This document shows positions 18,162 to 31,160 of a stretch of DNA of 64,000 bases, piece after piece (position 1 is the first letter of the stretch; each line of letters starts with the position of its first letter). Position numbers and translations under genes: made by a program. The notes under the pieces are model-generated. The model made no database searches and had not been told where the DNA came from. It was given only the letters and a program-made list of their open reading frames with translations. Origin of the DNA: Oculina patagonica (taxonomy: Eukaryota); the NCBI RefSeq assembly GCF_052425735.1, contig NC_135764.1, positions 6,634,001 through 6,698,000 on the forward strand. The letters run 5' to 3'.

Positions 18162-19825
18162 CGTCCCTTGAGAGTAGACAAGAATGTTCCAAATTTTGCC
18201 CCACATAACTGCTATTCTTCTATTTTCGCTTGTAAACAAGCAAAAAAAGTCGCAAAAACGAGACACGGACATACAGAAAGCCTCCGACTCAATCTACTAT
18301 CGGTTCTATGGTGATCTGCGGTGGGCGCCAGTTGTGGACAAACACTTTCTTCTTGACACGCCACGAAATCTGCGAAAGAAAGAAGAATTCAAGAAAGTGA
18401 AGTTGATGATCAGTTTCAACAGTCAGGAGGGTGGGAACGCTCTTGGGACTACGCAAAGTGTGGACAATGGAGTAAGTCCGTTATTTTTCAGGCAATTTGT
18501 AACAAAGCTTGCCCATGGGCGAAACAGCAGGTGAGTTGCGATTTTGTTGTCAGATTAATCGTGTAATACTATCGCTTCCAGATCGGCTTTGATCAGTGTA
18601 CGTAGCTCCATGTTTTATATCTATAACTGTACTTACAGAAGATCAGCTTTTAACGTGCGTTTTCTTACTGGGTGCTTTTTTTTGTTAAATATAACCACCT
18701 ACAACAAATGTTTCGTCTCTTAGGGAAGAGAATGCTGACCTCATCGCGGACGCGTTGGAGTTCATGTACACCCCATGGCCTGACAACAGTGATAAATACG
18801 CACTAAGAAGCCAACTTGTAGACCTCATCGGTGATTACATCTACTTTGCACCAAGTCACGAGGTCGCTGATTTTCACAGCAAAGTTGCTCCAGTGTACAT
18901 GTACGAGTTCGCCCATCGGAAAACGATCGGTAACAAAAATAAGGAATGGATGGGTGTGGTTCATGGTGATAACAAACCTTACGACTTTGGATTTCCTTTT
19001 CTTCCTGGAACTTCTTTAGATTATGACGCAGTCGACAAAAACGTCAGTTCGTTTATCATGGAAGCGTACACAAACTTCGCCAAGACCGGCGATCCAACAC
19101 CAAAGCCAGTCAGCGGTGTTACGTGGGAGAGGTACAACTCCAGTCACAGAGCTTACCTGCGAGTTGACGCTCATCCCAAGATGGCGGCGGCGTTTGCTCC
19201 TCGGCGAATGGCTTTCTGGAATGATTACCATCCTAAACTGGTGCAAGTGAAATTTGATACTAAAGATGAAACGGTCAGCGGTGCTAGTACAGCTGTTGCC
19301 CTGAAATTGTTCATCCAGCTTGCTCTTGTCCTCATTTTAGTGATAATTCATTGAACTAAGTTTAAGTGGATAAAAGAGAAACGTGAGATAATTCGCAGGG
19401 GTAGAGAGATAACATTACCATTGATTAAGGTCCCAGTCGTTTTGTATTTTAGTGTATCGCACGAAATCTCAGTTAGCTTGATTATCACAGTCGATGTTTT
19501 CTGAAACATTCAAGAATTTTAAATGACACAGGAAGAAATTATATTATGAGTAAAAAGGTAAAAAATAATTTTGATATGAGCTAATAACATGCAACTTGTG
19601 TTTGATTCCAATTGAAAGAAATGTTGTGGGTGTTAACATGTAGAATTTTTATTCCTGGAATAAATAAGTGAAAATTTTGTTCAAAATTCAAACTTCTTTA
19701 ATTCCTTTCTTTTATTTAATTAATTCCGTGGTCCTTTGGAAGGAACGCCATTCGATTTCTAAAAATATCTCGGCATCATTTTGGTCCTGAACATCATTAA
19801 TTACGCTGGGTAAATAAATTTGCGT

Positions 19826-20100
19826 GGGAGGCGTGGTGGCCTAATCGTTAGCGCGCCGGACTCTGGATCAAGTGGTGCGGGTTCAAGCCCTGGCCGGGGT
19901 CATTGTGTTGTATTCTTGGGAAAGACACTTTCCTCTTTTAGTGCCCCTCTTCACCCAAGTGTAAAAATGGGTACCGGCGTCATAATGTTGGGGGTACCAT
20001 GCGATGGACTAGCATCCCATTCAGGGGGGAATAGAAATATCCCTAGCCGCTTAATGCTACAGAATCCTGGATAAGCTGCGGCAAGTGTGGGCCATTTGGC
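19826..20100 (+). mobile_element. tRNA-derived SINE (CORE-like body)
   Basis: A box TGGCCTAATCGTTAG and B box GGTTCAAGCCC, followed by CTTGGGAAAGACACTT...GTAAAAATGGG. A second copy starts at 23685. Confidence 0.8.
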
Positions 20101-20664
20101 TTGAGGCTTCGCCAGCGAGAAGCTGGTGGAAGTCAACAGAGAACACCTTCACCTCTCCCCCCTGGAAAATTCTTGGCTCCAGATCGTCATCTTTTTCGCC
20201 AAATAATTGAGCACCCCCACCCCTGTCAGGGAGCTAATATGACATAACTGACAACAAATTCTTCTTCTCTTTTGGTCAGCACTGAGATCACAAACTCTGG
20301 GTAGACCCAATTTTTCCTCAAATCTGATTGGCAGGCTTGTTATCCAGGTGCTAACAAAACGGGCTCTGGAGATAAGATCGCTAGCTTTTGATTGCGTGTT
20401 TGATGAAGGTTCACAGTGAATGTAGTGTACGTGGCCATGGCTTTTATCTACTTATGTCCCTAAAAAACAAACATTCTAAATATCGCTGACTGCTACTTAA
20501 AAGAATGACTTTTTTATAACAGTTAGCTTTAAAAACTAATTAATTAATTTTCATTGTTATGCTTACATATATTATAATTATTGGTAATGCCATGTAATAT
20601 AAAGGTAGAGTCTTCGTTGAACCAAACTGGCCGATACGGCCAGTTTTTCCCGAGTATCGAGTTT

Positions 20665-21800
20665 TCAATTCCCTCGATTCGGGATACTACGTTTAAGGCG
20701 GCGAAATGACAGTAAAACCGGCCCTCCCTGAACCACTGGTATCGAAAAAGCTTCATAAGCGGTAGGCTGAATTTCAGGTCGATGGCGTCTTATTTCTACT
20801 ATCTCGATTTCTGGCGGGCTATTGTCCGGCTGTCTGAAATGAAAAATCTCAAGGAAAGCTCGCCGAAGCTTCTTCTTGCGCCAACAGTAAAAAATAGGGT
20901 TAAAAGCTGAATTCAATATTATGAAAGTTGTGGCCCAGCTCCAGAGAACGAACACAACGCTCGGTTTCACTTTGTGATTTGAAAATGGTAGTAAAAGAAG
21001 TATGATCGAAGGTAAATAAGATAATATCAACGCACCAAGAATGAATGCTAGAGTGTTAGCTGCCTTGTTGTGTTTCTTCACTCTGTTAGCTTCTTCTTGA
21101 GATTGTTGTTCAGTTCGGAGGCGTCTTTGCTGACGCAGTGACACGATGAAAATGTAAACATAGGTGTAGCCGATAGCAGAAATATAAATGGCCGCTACAA
21201 TAGCATGTGCTGTAGCATCCGCGCTGAGATAGTTTGAGAAAGTTTTTGTTTTACTGTCTATACCGACCAAGACACTTTCGTGAATGGTCACAAACACTCT
21301 AAAGCCCCATGAGAAAATTATACCAGCTTTTATCCTTTGCTTTGTGACAATGTCCTGGTACCTCAAGGGATGTTTGATAGCTACTTAGCGATTCACACCG
21401 ATCAACAAAAGGTGATTTAGCGTTGTCCAACTCGCTCCTCCAATGGTTACAGTTTGTGCTTTTTATGGCCCGTCAGAACGAATTTGCTTCAAGCCGACCG
21501 CGATGGTCACGAGATAACAGGCTACCCCAGCCAACAAATCGGAGCCCGCCAAACAGGCCAGAAGAACACGTTCGAGTTGGTTCGAAGCGGCCTCCATGTT
21601 GCCATGGCGAAGATGACTAACACGTTAAGCAGGATGCTTCGAATGAGCGCAACTAAATTGATGACAGTTACAGCAACAAGACTTCCGAATGTATCTTATG
21701 TTAAGTATGCCTTTCGCCAAATGGTACCTTGTAGATAAGGGCATCTTTCTATTTCTGATTTAGACAAACCCATCGACGAGGGCGAAGAAGTGGTCGACAT
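20665..21800 (-). pseudogene. Intronless class A (rhodopsin-like) GPCR pseudogene
   Basis: TM1 LLNVLVIFAM, a DRY-equivalent NR*VAIKHPLRY, TM6 LILSYLPSII and TM7 NSAFNPIFYCWR. In-frame stops and frameshifts occur in the 5' half. Confidence 0.85.
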
Positions 21801-23684
21801 GTTCCAATCGACAATAAATAAAAGGAAATTGAAGATATGAATTTCAAACAGGTGCAGCTGTAGTTTAAAAAACAGGACATAATTCCACACTATTCTTTCT
21901 ACACGGTCGGTAAAAGGGTTTGATCACCAAACGTATGTGAATAGTTAATAAACGTTTTGGAATATCGTATTTAACAACCGATTCACTGAAGTGAAGGTGG
22001 CTAGTGGTGGATATTCACCGAGCGCCGAAGCGGCGAGGTGAGTGTCTACAATTAGCCACCGACACTGAAATAAATCGCTGATTTAGTATTATATGCTAAA
22101 AAAGTGAATTGATTTAGCTCAAATGGATAATTTTTGACCAAATTTTTCGTGTCAGCGAGTACAGTTTTCGTGCGCGAGTTGGTCGGAGGTGAAAAGCAAA
22201 GGATATCCGGAGTTTGAATGGATAATCAGCGCCAAAAACGTTATTCACTGTATGATGAGTATATACTAATGAAAGCTACTAGGCCCAACTAACGAAGCAT
22301 AGAAACCCGAAACTGATCATTTCTTGTGCTTTTGTTGCGAGGGGAAAAGAAAAGGATAAAAAAAAAATTGAGTTTTGTTGTGAAAAATAAGAGCAGATGC
22401 AAAAACTAAAGCATCGGGCTACACATTACAAGAGATTTGATTGGCTTAGCGGCCACTATAAAACTGCATGAACAAATGTGAAGAATCAGTGACCATTTAA
22501 GATTAAAACAAAACGGGGGAAACTATCGAAAGTGTAAGGTAATTCTATTTATGTTTGTTAATTAAGAGCTCTTAACTTTAAATTTGCAAGCAAAAGTCTT
22601 TTATTGGCAAAATCACGGCCACATAACAAACTAGGATGATTTTCGAGCATTGAAAATGGCAGTTTTTTACAAATTGAGATATACTTGAAAAAAAAAAATT
22701 CGGGCCGACGTTTTTTTACGGTCTGCCACAATGCAATCCGTTTGTTTTTCTTCCCGAATGTTGCCCATCCATGCCGGCCTTTTTGTGTTTCTTTTGAGTT
22801 TTTCTACAGTTTCAAGCCGTTATTGTTAGATTTCAGGTAATTCTATGAACGGTTACGTTGGTTATAGTGCCAAAATTGTAGCCCCATAAACTGCTTTTTA
22901 AGGGTCCGCACTTTTCCACTTTTGAGGAGCAGAAATAAAGGCCTCTTTCAGTCTTTCGTCCCAAATTAAAATCATCAAGTTCTAGCATTTAATAAAACAA
23001 TTATTCCAGCTCGCACTTGATGGGACAACAACAACAAGCTTTTATTATTTGCATGACTACATAATTATTTAAGAATACAGTAGTATTGCAGAAGCTACTT
23101 TAATTTACTTACTTATTATTTCATTAACTAACATCACTTGTAAACAGAAAATAACATAACATAAACAGAAAATAACATAACATAAAATAAAAGAATTACA
23201 ATAATTGTTAATTTTAATTATTTGAGGTGGTGATCATTTTGATCGTTGATTATTATCATATGTCATTTTGTTATTTACACGTTATACACTTTATGTCTGT
23301 CCCGAGGGAAACAGTTTTAACTGAGAATCTCAATGTTTCCCAAGGCGAAGCCGAAGGAAACATTGAGAGTCGAAGGATAACAAAATTAACTGGTTCCATC
23401 ATTAAGTGTTTTGTGATATCTATAGCCGGACGAAGACTTAGAAAATGATATTTCGAATAAAAAGATTAAAAATAATGGTGATACGAGCAAACTACATGTA
23501 ACGTAATAAAAATTTGGTTTGTATCTGATCTTAAAAAAAGGTTGGTAAAAAACGTATAAAACTGAATTTTCGGTAACTCTCTGTTACCTTCAACAGAGTT
23601 AAACTTCGATTCTATTTCTAAAAATATCTTGGCATCATTTCGATCCTGAACATCATAAATTACGCTGGGTAAATAAATTAGTAT

Positions 23685-23960
23685 GGGAGGCGTAGTGGCC
23701 TAATGGTTAGCGCGCCGGACTCTGGATCGAGTGGTGCGGGTTCAAGCCCTGGCTGGGATCATTGTGTTGTGTTCTTGGGCAAGACACTTTACTCTCATAG
23801 TGCCTCTCTTCACCCAGGTGTATAAATGGGTACCGGCGTCATAATGCTGGGGGTACCATGCGATGGACTAGCATCCCATTCAGGGGGGAATAGAAATATT
23901 CCAAGCCGCTTAATGCAACAGAATTCTAGATAAGCTCCGGCAAGTATGGGCCATTTGGCT
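23685..23960 (+). mobile_element. tRNA-derived SINE (second copy)
   Basis: Highly similar to 19826-20100, with intact A and B boxes. Confidence 0.8.
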
Positions 23961-24763
23961 TGAGGTTTCGCCAGCGAGTAGCTGGTGGAGGTCAACAGAG
24001 AACACCTTCACCTCTCCCCCCCCTGGAAAATTCTTGGCTCCAGATCGTTATTTTCGCCAAATAATTGAGCACCCCACCCCTGTCAGGGAGCTAATATGGC
24101 ACACTGACAACAAATTCATAAGTCATCTATAATGAAATATAAAAATAAGGATAACGCTGTTAACAAAACCCTTATAAATTGTTTAACTAGAAAAACTCTT
24201 AATATAGTAATAATAGTACAACGTATCAAGATTAAGCTGCATAACACATTTGCATTTTCTCTTTAACTATATGGTCTTCTCCGAAATCTTCAATAAATGT
24301 TGTTACTAACAAGGACCAACAAGACTTTTATAAGCAAACTAGCCTTCCTGATATGCATGATAAAAAGATTCCTGGAAATGGTTGGGTTTCCCCAGTTAAA
24401 GCTCAGCAACAAGCTAAGGTAGAAAAGGACATGGTTCAACCGATAAAAAATATAAGAACAATCTTATCTTAAAAAAGCCATATACTTTTCCTTATGGGTC
24501 AAGGGCCTCAGGCAATGGTGAACGAAAAAAATAAATATTTTTTAGAGAATTTAACCAATAACTATTGTAAAACTTTTAGCGTAGACATCACAGCGGTAAT
24601 ATAACTACAGCAAACATAAAATAAATCAAATCAGAATAGACTGCTTGTAAAAGGCTGAAAAATGACAAGTGAGCCACACGAACGTTTGCTTGGCTCGCTG
24701 TTGATAAAAGCTCATTGTTCTGATTGGTTCAGGAAAATACTCCATTGCCTTGGCGAGCCAAAT

Positions 24764-27525
24764 TTATAACATGGCCAAAATGATGATGAGTGTAATGTGA
24801 AGAAACATCGCCATAGCAACACCAGCGGTAGCACCACTGACCACCATGTATTCTTTGGTATCAAACTTCACTTGCACCAGTTGAGGATGGTAATCATTCC
24901 AGAAAGCCATTCGCCGAGGAGCAAACGCTACCTCCATCTTGGAATTGATGTTAACTCGCAAGTAAGCTCTGTGACTGGAGTTGTACCGCTCCCACGCAAT
25001 ACCGCTGACCGGCTGTGGTGTTGGATCGCCGGTCTTGGCGAAATTTGCGTACACTGCCATTGTAAACAAACTGACGTTTTTGTCTGCGGCGTCATATTCG
25101 GAAAACCTCGAAAGAAACGGGATTCCAAAGTCGTACGGCAAATTGTCCCCGTGAGCCACACCCATCCACTCAGGGTAAAAACTGGCGTTCTTCGAGCGGT
25201 GAGCGAACTCGTACATGTACACCGGAGCATGCTGGCTGTGAATATCGGCGACCTCGTGACTTGGTGCGACGAACACATTATCACCGATGAAGTCTATAAG
25301 TTTGCTTCTTAGTGCGTATTTATTACTGTTGTCAGGCCATGGGGTGTACATAAACTCCGACGCGCCCGCGACGAGCTTGGCGGTATCATTACTGAAGAAT
25401 AAAACGGTAAACAACTTGTTATTTGTGATACTGCAATTCCGACAAGACATCAACAACGAAAACTTACAAAGGATTTAGAATCGTGAATATAGGGTAAAAA
25501 GATCAATTCAATGAAAAGATAATATAAATAACTAAATGAAATTATAAGAATGATTAAATGAAAGTATAAAATTAATTTAATGAAAGTGGCATTCTTTTAT
25601 ATACACAGGGTAATTGCTTTCCCCCAAGAGACTATGACAGATATTTATTTAAGTTAACAACTACAATTAGAAAAATTTCTTTGCCCATCACTTGCATTAT
25701 TTAAAATCAATTTCATATTTGGTATAAAACGTAACACCCCACACATGCAACATTAACAAACAGTATATTGACGTGACCCGCAGCAGTCACCTGTAACAGG
25801 CAACATTATCTACATCACAAGACAATGACAGACAATGCAACACGTGTATAAACATTAAGGTCTCCGCACACGTGGGGTCAAGACGCGGGGGCATGTCGCA
25901 GCAACATGTAGCAGCGACAAAATCTTTTGTTGCTCACACCGAGGGGACTTGAAGCAGGGACGTGTAGCGGGGACATGTCGCAGCGACATGTCCCCTCGTT
26001 TTTGCTGATCACTTTTGGCGCAAGCAGCCCGAATTCCTGCAACATTTTGTCCCTGCAACATGTTGCACGAAGTTCAACGAGTCGAATTCCGTGCAACAAG
26101 TCGCAGGGACAAAACTGCCGCAAAATCATCCCCGCTGCATGTCTCTTCAGTGTGAACAACACATGATTTTGTCGCTGCAACATGTCCCTGCGATATTTCC
26201 CCACGTGTGCGGAGACCTTTACGTGGAAGGCAATAATAGAACCTTATATCCAACATAATAGAGATAACATGTAAAATCAAAAATTTAACATGAAATAGCA
26301 CCGAGGTATTAAAAATTTTTGTATTCAAAGGCTTAGCTACGATGGCAAAGAAAATTGTAACAATCAAAATGTTAACTCACTTAGAATTCCGTGCAAAGGA
26401 AAGCCTTGATAGAAATTCCTTAAAGAATGACGTGCTCACGCCATCTTCCACACTGTCTGTCATTCCTAAGGTCGATTTAGCACTCGGACCAAGATAGGAC
26501 CCACCCTCCTGACTGTTAAAGCTGATCATCCACTTCACTTTCTTGAACTCTCCCTTTTCACGCAGATTCCGGGGGGTGTCAAAAAGAAAGTTCTTGTCTA
26601 CAACGGGCGCCCACATGAGGATATCGATGAAACGATAGTTTACCGCTTCAGCAGCTTTCTGGACTTCTGTGCTTTTTTTCTCGCGTATGCAGGCGACCAT
26701 TGCTTCGTTGTCGTTTGTAGTACAGTCCAGGTTCTGAGCAAGCTCCTTTGCGTAATGGAGGCCATAATTTGTAGGCTGAATGGCAAAAGGGCATAAATCC
26801 ACACCACTCTCTGTAATGGCTTGATGAAAAAGTCCCTCCGATAGAGGGGACAGAAGATGGAGGGCTACACTTGATCCACCAGCACTTTCTCCGAAAATTG
26901 TGACCTTGTTGGGATTCCCGCCAAAATGCTCAATGTTTTTTTTGACCCACTTGAGTGCTTCGACTTGATCCAACATTCCAAAATTGCCAGGGGCTGCAGA
27001 ATCCCCGGTCGTCAAGAAACCAAGAGCACCAAGCCGATATTGGACGATAACTACTACCACCCCGTGTAAAGCCAAAATATCACTGGGAAATGTTATTGAT
27101 GCACCGCCGCTGTAACTTCCACCGTGAATATAAACCATCACGGGTAAACTCAAGCTGACGTTCGGAGTGTAAACGTCGAGATACAAGCAATCCTCGCTAT
27201 ACGTGAAATTCTCAGAGTACATTTTGTACCAATAGTCAAAGCTTCTACTCTGCATGCAAAGGTTTCCATGTTTTTTCGCTGAGAGGACTTCTGGTTTCCA
27301 TGCGACTGGAGGTATTGGTGGTTTTAGTCTGAGCTCTCCAATCGGCGGAGCGGCGAAAGGAACTCCAAGAAACTTGCTGACAGACTTGAACGGAAAAGAG
27401 GTATTCGAGTACGAAGCCTCAAGACCTTGAATGTATCCATACTTTGTGGACACGGTTACCGACTTGACAAGGGGCAAAAATACACAAAATATGGTTGACG
27501 TTGCTATAAAAAGGCTCGAAAACAT
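24764..27525 (-). CDS. Carboxylesterase type B copy 2 (exons 27525-26381, 25391-24764)
   Basis: Signal peptide, GESAG, NSQEG, GVAHGD, GT-AG intron at the conserved position, hydrophobic C-tail. Confidence 0.9.
25858..26218. mobile_element. PIF/Harbinger-type MITE in intron of copy 2
   Basis: TIR AGGTCTCCGCACACGTGGGG...CCCCACGTGTGCGGAGACCT with TTA on both flanks. Confidence 0.85.
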
Positions 27526-28860
27526 GTTATTCTTTCCAATTTCCATTTCCTGTTTAGACTTTCGCAAGCTCGGTCGCCGCAACTCGAACCAAATGCGGCT
27601 TAACTGCTGGCTGTCGGCTTGAAACTTGTATCCTGACCTTTGGCAAATAGACCTCACCAAAACGTTTAATTGATCATGAACTGCTGTGTTTATATTAAGT
27701 TTCAGGAGGAATGTGCGAGTAACAATACATACAGGTGACACAAGGAACATGAATGTAACACGTGGAACAGATATTAAACGCATGGGCAACAAAACACAAA
27801 ATATGGATAACGTTGCTGGTAGCATGAAAAATATGTTATACTTCGACAATTTCCTTTTGCTTTTGTGCAAATCGATATCAGTAAATTGAGCCAATGCTGA
27901 TAAATGCTGGCTAGCTTGAAATGACCTCTGGCAAATAGACGTTTCGTCGAAAGGTTTCATTGAACTGTTGTGTTTATGTTATAAGTATCAGGTGTTTTTG
28001 TCGAGACGATCATGACTAAAACGTCACCGCCTTGTCAGCCTTGTGTTACTTGCATGTTTTGTTACTCCATAGTTAATAGAGGGAAATGGTTAAAAATCCC
28101 GGCAAACATCAAAAGGCGAAAACAAAGAGGCCAAGATTTGGGTTGGGAGTTCCATGAGAGTGCACATCTTTTTTGTTTTGCGCTCATACACTATGTATAC
28201 GTTACGTAATCGCAATGTTTTTATTGGTAAGTTGTATAAACACATGTTACTATTGTATTTGGTCAGGTTTTGTACTCTGTCAACCCCCAAAATAGCGAAC
28301 AAAAACCTATAACAAAGAACTTTGTCGGGCTTCATAACCATGTCCCTCTATTAACTATGGTTACTCGTCGTCATTTTCGTGTCGACATCTGCATTTACAT
28401 TAATTGTGCTGATCGTGATGTGATCCATACGGACGTCATACCAACTATTACAAATTCTATTACATTGTTCTTGTGTCAACATGCCTTAAGACGGCTTTCT
28501 TTAGATTTCAAGGCAACCCAAGTCAGTGATTAAACAAACTATTTCATTAACTTTTTAAGTGTATTTTATTAAAATGACGGTGCCTTATTGTTGCGTATCA
28601 TTATTGTCACTTATGTGGCCGCTGTATCGGTAAAAATGTCTATTAATTTGCGTCCCCCAACAAGTTACGCATCGTAAATATAATCATTATTTGCGATTAT
28701 TTGAGAAAATGCTGGAATTTCACATACGAAGCTAATCAAAGAACAAAATAACGTGCTCACGTGGTCGCATCCACGTGACCATCTTGGAAGACAGAAGTGT
28801 TAACGATATGGAAAAATTACAGCAGGGAATTTTTCTACGCTAAGTGAAATCAACCCTATT

Positions 28861-29074
28861 CGGACAAATCGTCTGAGACGGACAAGTCGTCTTAGTGTGA
28901 AAACGGGACGGAGACGATTTTGGACGTACAAGTCGTCTGAATTTGTCCGTCGATTTGGCCGTCTGGGAAGACCATTTCTTGTCTGGACCAACAAGTCGTT
29001 TAAAAGCCGTCTTGAATTCACACTAGACGAACAAATCGTCAGACGACTTATCTGTTTTCTTGTGTGGAAACGGC
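28861..29074. mobile_element. Truncated MITE-like insert with AGACG/CGTCT subterminal repeats
   Basis: Absent from the paralogous flank at ~42041-42130. Ends in GTGGAAACGGCC (Harbinger-like end). Confidence 0.55.
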
Positions 29075-30330
29075 CATTTTGCTGATTGTTTATAAAGATT
29101 TGGGTTATTTTTGAAAGTCTCAATCTATTACATCCGCGATCTCAAACTAATTTGCATCCTACTCTATTATGTGACGATAAGTTTTTCCTTGCTTGGGGAG
29201 TTAAAACCGACTTTTGGACTGTACGGGAAGTGCGCTGTAGCTACGCTGAAATCTGGCTGAGATATGACTCAAGTACCACTGAAATATGGGGAACTTGACT
29301 CGGTAGAGCACTCACTTGCTGCGGAAACGAAGCCTCGTCAACAAGCTTCAAAGGTACACGGCGATCTACTTCAAGGAACTTCAGAACTACAGACGTAAGG
29401 CAGAGACAGAACTTGGGTCCAACAGTAGTTTATTCGTACGTAGCATGTAGTCTTCGATGTAATCGCCGATGCGATCACCGATGTAATCAAAGAAAGCTTA
29501 CAATGTCGCTTGCTTATATATCATCCTAAGTGAGTTTCTATTGTTAAAATTTTACAACGTGGAAAAGCTATAACAATGCAGCCAAGTGAATGATACAATA
29601 AGAACGGAAAATATTAGTTTACAGTCTTTCTTACTTCCTAAATTTCCTTTGTTACATTAAATGATTGATGGCAAAGAGAAACTCCCCTTGAATAGAACAA
29701 ACGTAGAATATCCGCAACGCGAATTTCCAACAAAGAAATTATGAACGAGCAGATGTACAAAAGTACACAGTCCAGTGCAAACGAATATCTTATAAAGAAA
29801 TTAACTAAGGACAGCTGACAAAAATACAAGTTTTTCCTGAATAAAATAAAATAGAATTTCACAAGCGTTTGTTTTTTAACTTTAAAGTTACTGTTGGCTT
29901 TTCATATTTTCTCACGGACGAACATTTTCTATTATATCGGTAAGACGAGTAAATGCGGCTAAATATTATAATACTGTGTTATTTCATATATATCTTTTTA
30001 TCAGTTTGATTACAATTTCATGACTGTCACTTAAACGTTTCAAAAATACTCATTGATCGCTCTCTTTTCTAAACGAGACTCCCGGTCGAATCTCTACGCA
30101 AAATAGTAGCTATAATTTGAATTTTACAGTGAGCGTTGATTAACGTAACATCTTAAAACTATCTTCCTCTGAAATCACCGAATTATACTAATTTCCCTCG
30201 TTACAATTATATAGACTCCAGAACATCCTATGATGCAGGCCTATTTTATTTCATACACATTTTATAGCTTATGTGAATGCGATTTATATTACGAAATGAT
30301 ATATGTAGAACCAAGAAAGATTTAATACTG

Positions 30331-30369
30331 CTCGACGTTTTGGAGTCATCTTGACTCCATTATCAAGAG
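30331..30369 (-). ncRNA. Degenerate minimal type I hammerhead ribozyme (Penelope-like)
   Basis: Minus strand reads CTC-TTGATAA-TGGAGTC aagat GACTCC-AAAACGTC-GAG. This is hammerhead topology with the cores CTGATGA and GAAA mutated. Confidence 0.5.
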
Positions 30370-31160
30370 GCTTGTACAGTATGCAAATAAATTAAAGAAC
30401 GCTACAAAATAAGCATAAAGCAATGAATGGCCTAAACGAACACCTTAGCGCGGATGGAATCCGTTTGCACGTTAAGTGTTGGCTTACGCATGAATGCAGA
30501 TCGAGGAGGGTGTTATCCGCCGAAGCCGAAGACTAAGGCGGATAACGCCCTCCGAGATCTGCATAATTCTTCATATCATACGAAAGCCGAATTCAATAAT
30601 TGTTTTATTACTCATTCAAAATATTTCCAAGAGCTCTAAAAACACAAAATGAATTAAAATGGCTACTAACTTTGGCGTATAATTTATCGCTAACATGCAG
30701 TGGCCAATTCCTCTGGTGTCGCTGTTTTTTTTTTATGTTTCTCTCCTAAAGATAAGCTTTAAAAATCAAGTGACTTCCCTTCGGAGCTTTTTTGATGTTT
30801 TTGCTATCTTTATCATCTAATATTTTGGCCATTTTTTCGTCGCAATGTTGAAATTTAGCGACCATTTTCGCCTTCGGCTGAGCTCTGCACAAAGCCGTTG
30901 TTGCGTGACGTCAATCGTCCAATAATTATTACGTCACTCGTCCAATAATAGAAGCGTCTTCCAAATTTGGTCGGTGCTAGCCGGTCAAAAGCCAATCAGA
31001 AACGAAGAAATATTTTGAATGAATACTAATATGATATATATTACGATTTATATTACGAAATGATATATATCACGCGATGACCGGGTAAGAAAAGGAATAA
31101 ATGATATAAAACTGGTTTAAGCGTTCTCTTGAAGTTTCTAGCGATATAAAGTAGTCACAC

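Larger units (their letters stand above)
875..18255 (-). mobile_element. Non-autonomous Helentron/Helitron2-like element (~1.04 kb without the nested virus)
   Basis: Asymmetric 13-bp subterminal inverted repeats: CGACTTTTTTTGC at 895-907 and GCAAAAAAAGTCG at 18240-18252. There is a small hairpin at 880-894 near one end and a GCTTGT-aa-ACAAGC hairpin next to the other. It is inserted in an A/T run with no classical TSD, and carries an internal tandem repeat CCCTTGAGAAATTAAAA. Confidence 0.6.
35..19354 (+). pseudogene. Carboxylesterase type B copy 1, interrupted by nested insertion (exon 1a 35-874, exon 1b 18256-18530, exon 2 18724-19354)
   Basis: Motifs SEDCLYL, HGGS, GVSAG (nucleophile Ser), NSQEG and GVVHGD are present. 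Joining ATA CAG GAA (to 874) with AAA CGA GAC ACG GAC (from 18256) restores IQEKRDTDIQ, which is collinear with paralogs (IRGKREADIQ, IREKKGSDIQ). The GT-AG intron 18531-18723 is at the same position as in all paralogs. Confidence 0.9.

Noticed and set aside
19826-19900. Functional tRNA gene
   Set aside because: The cloverleaf is imperfect and runs into a SINE body that is present in two copies.
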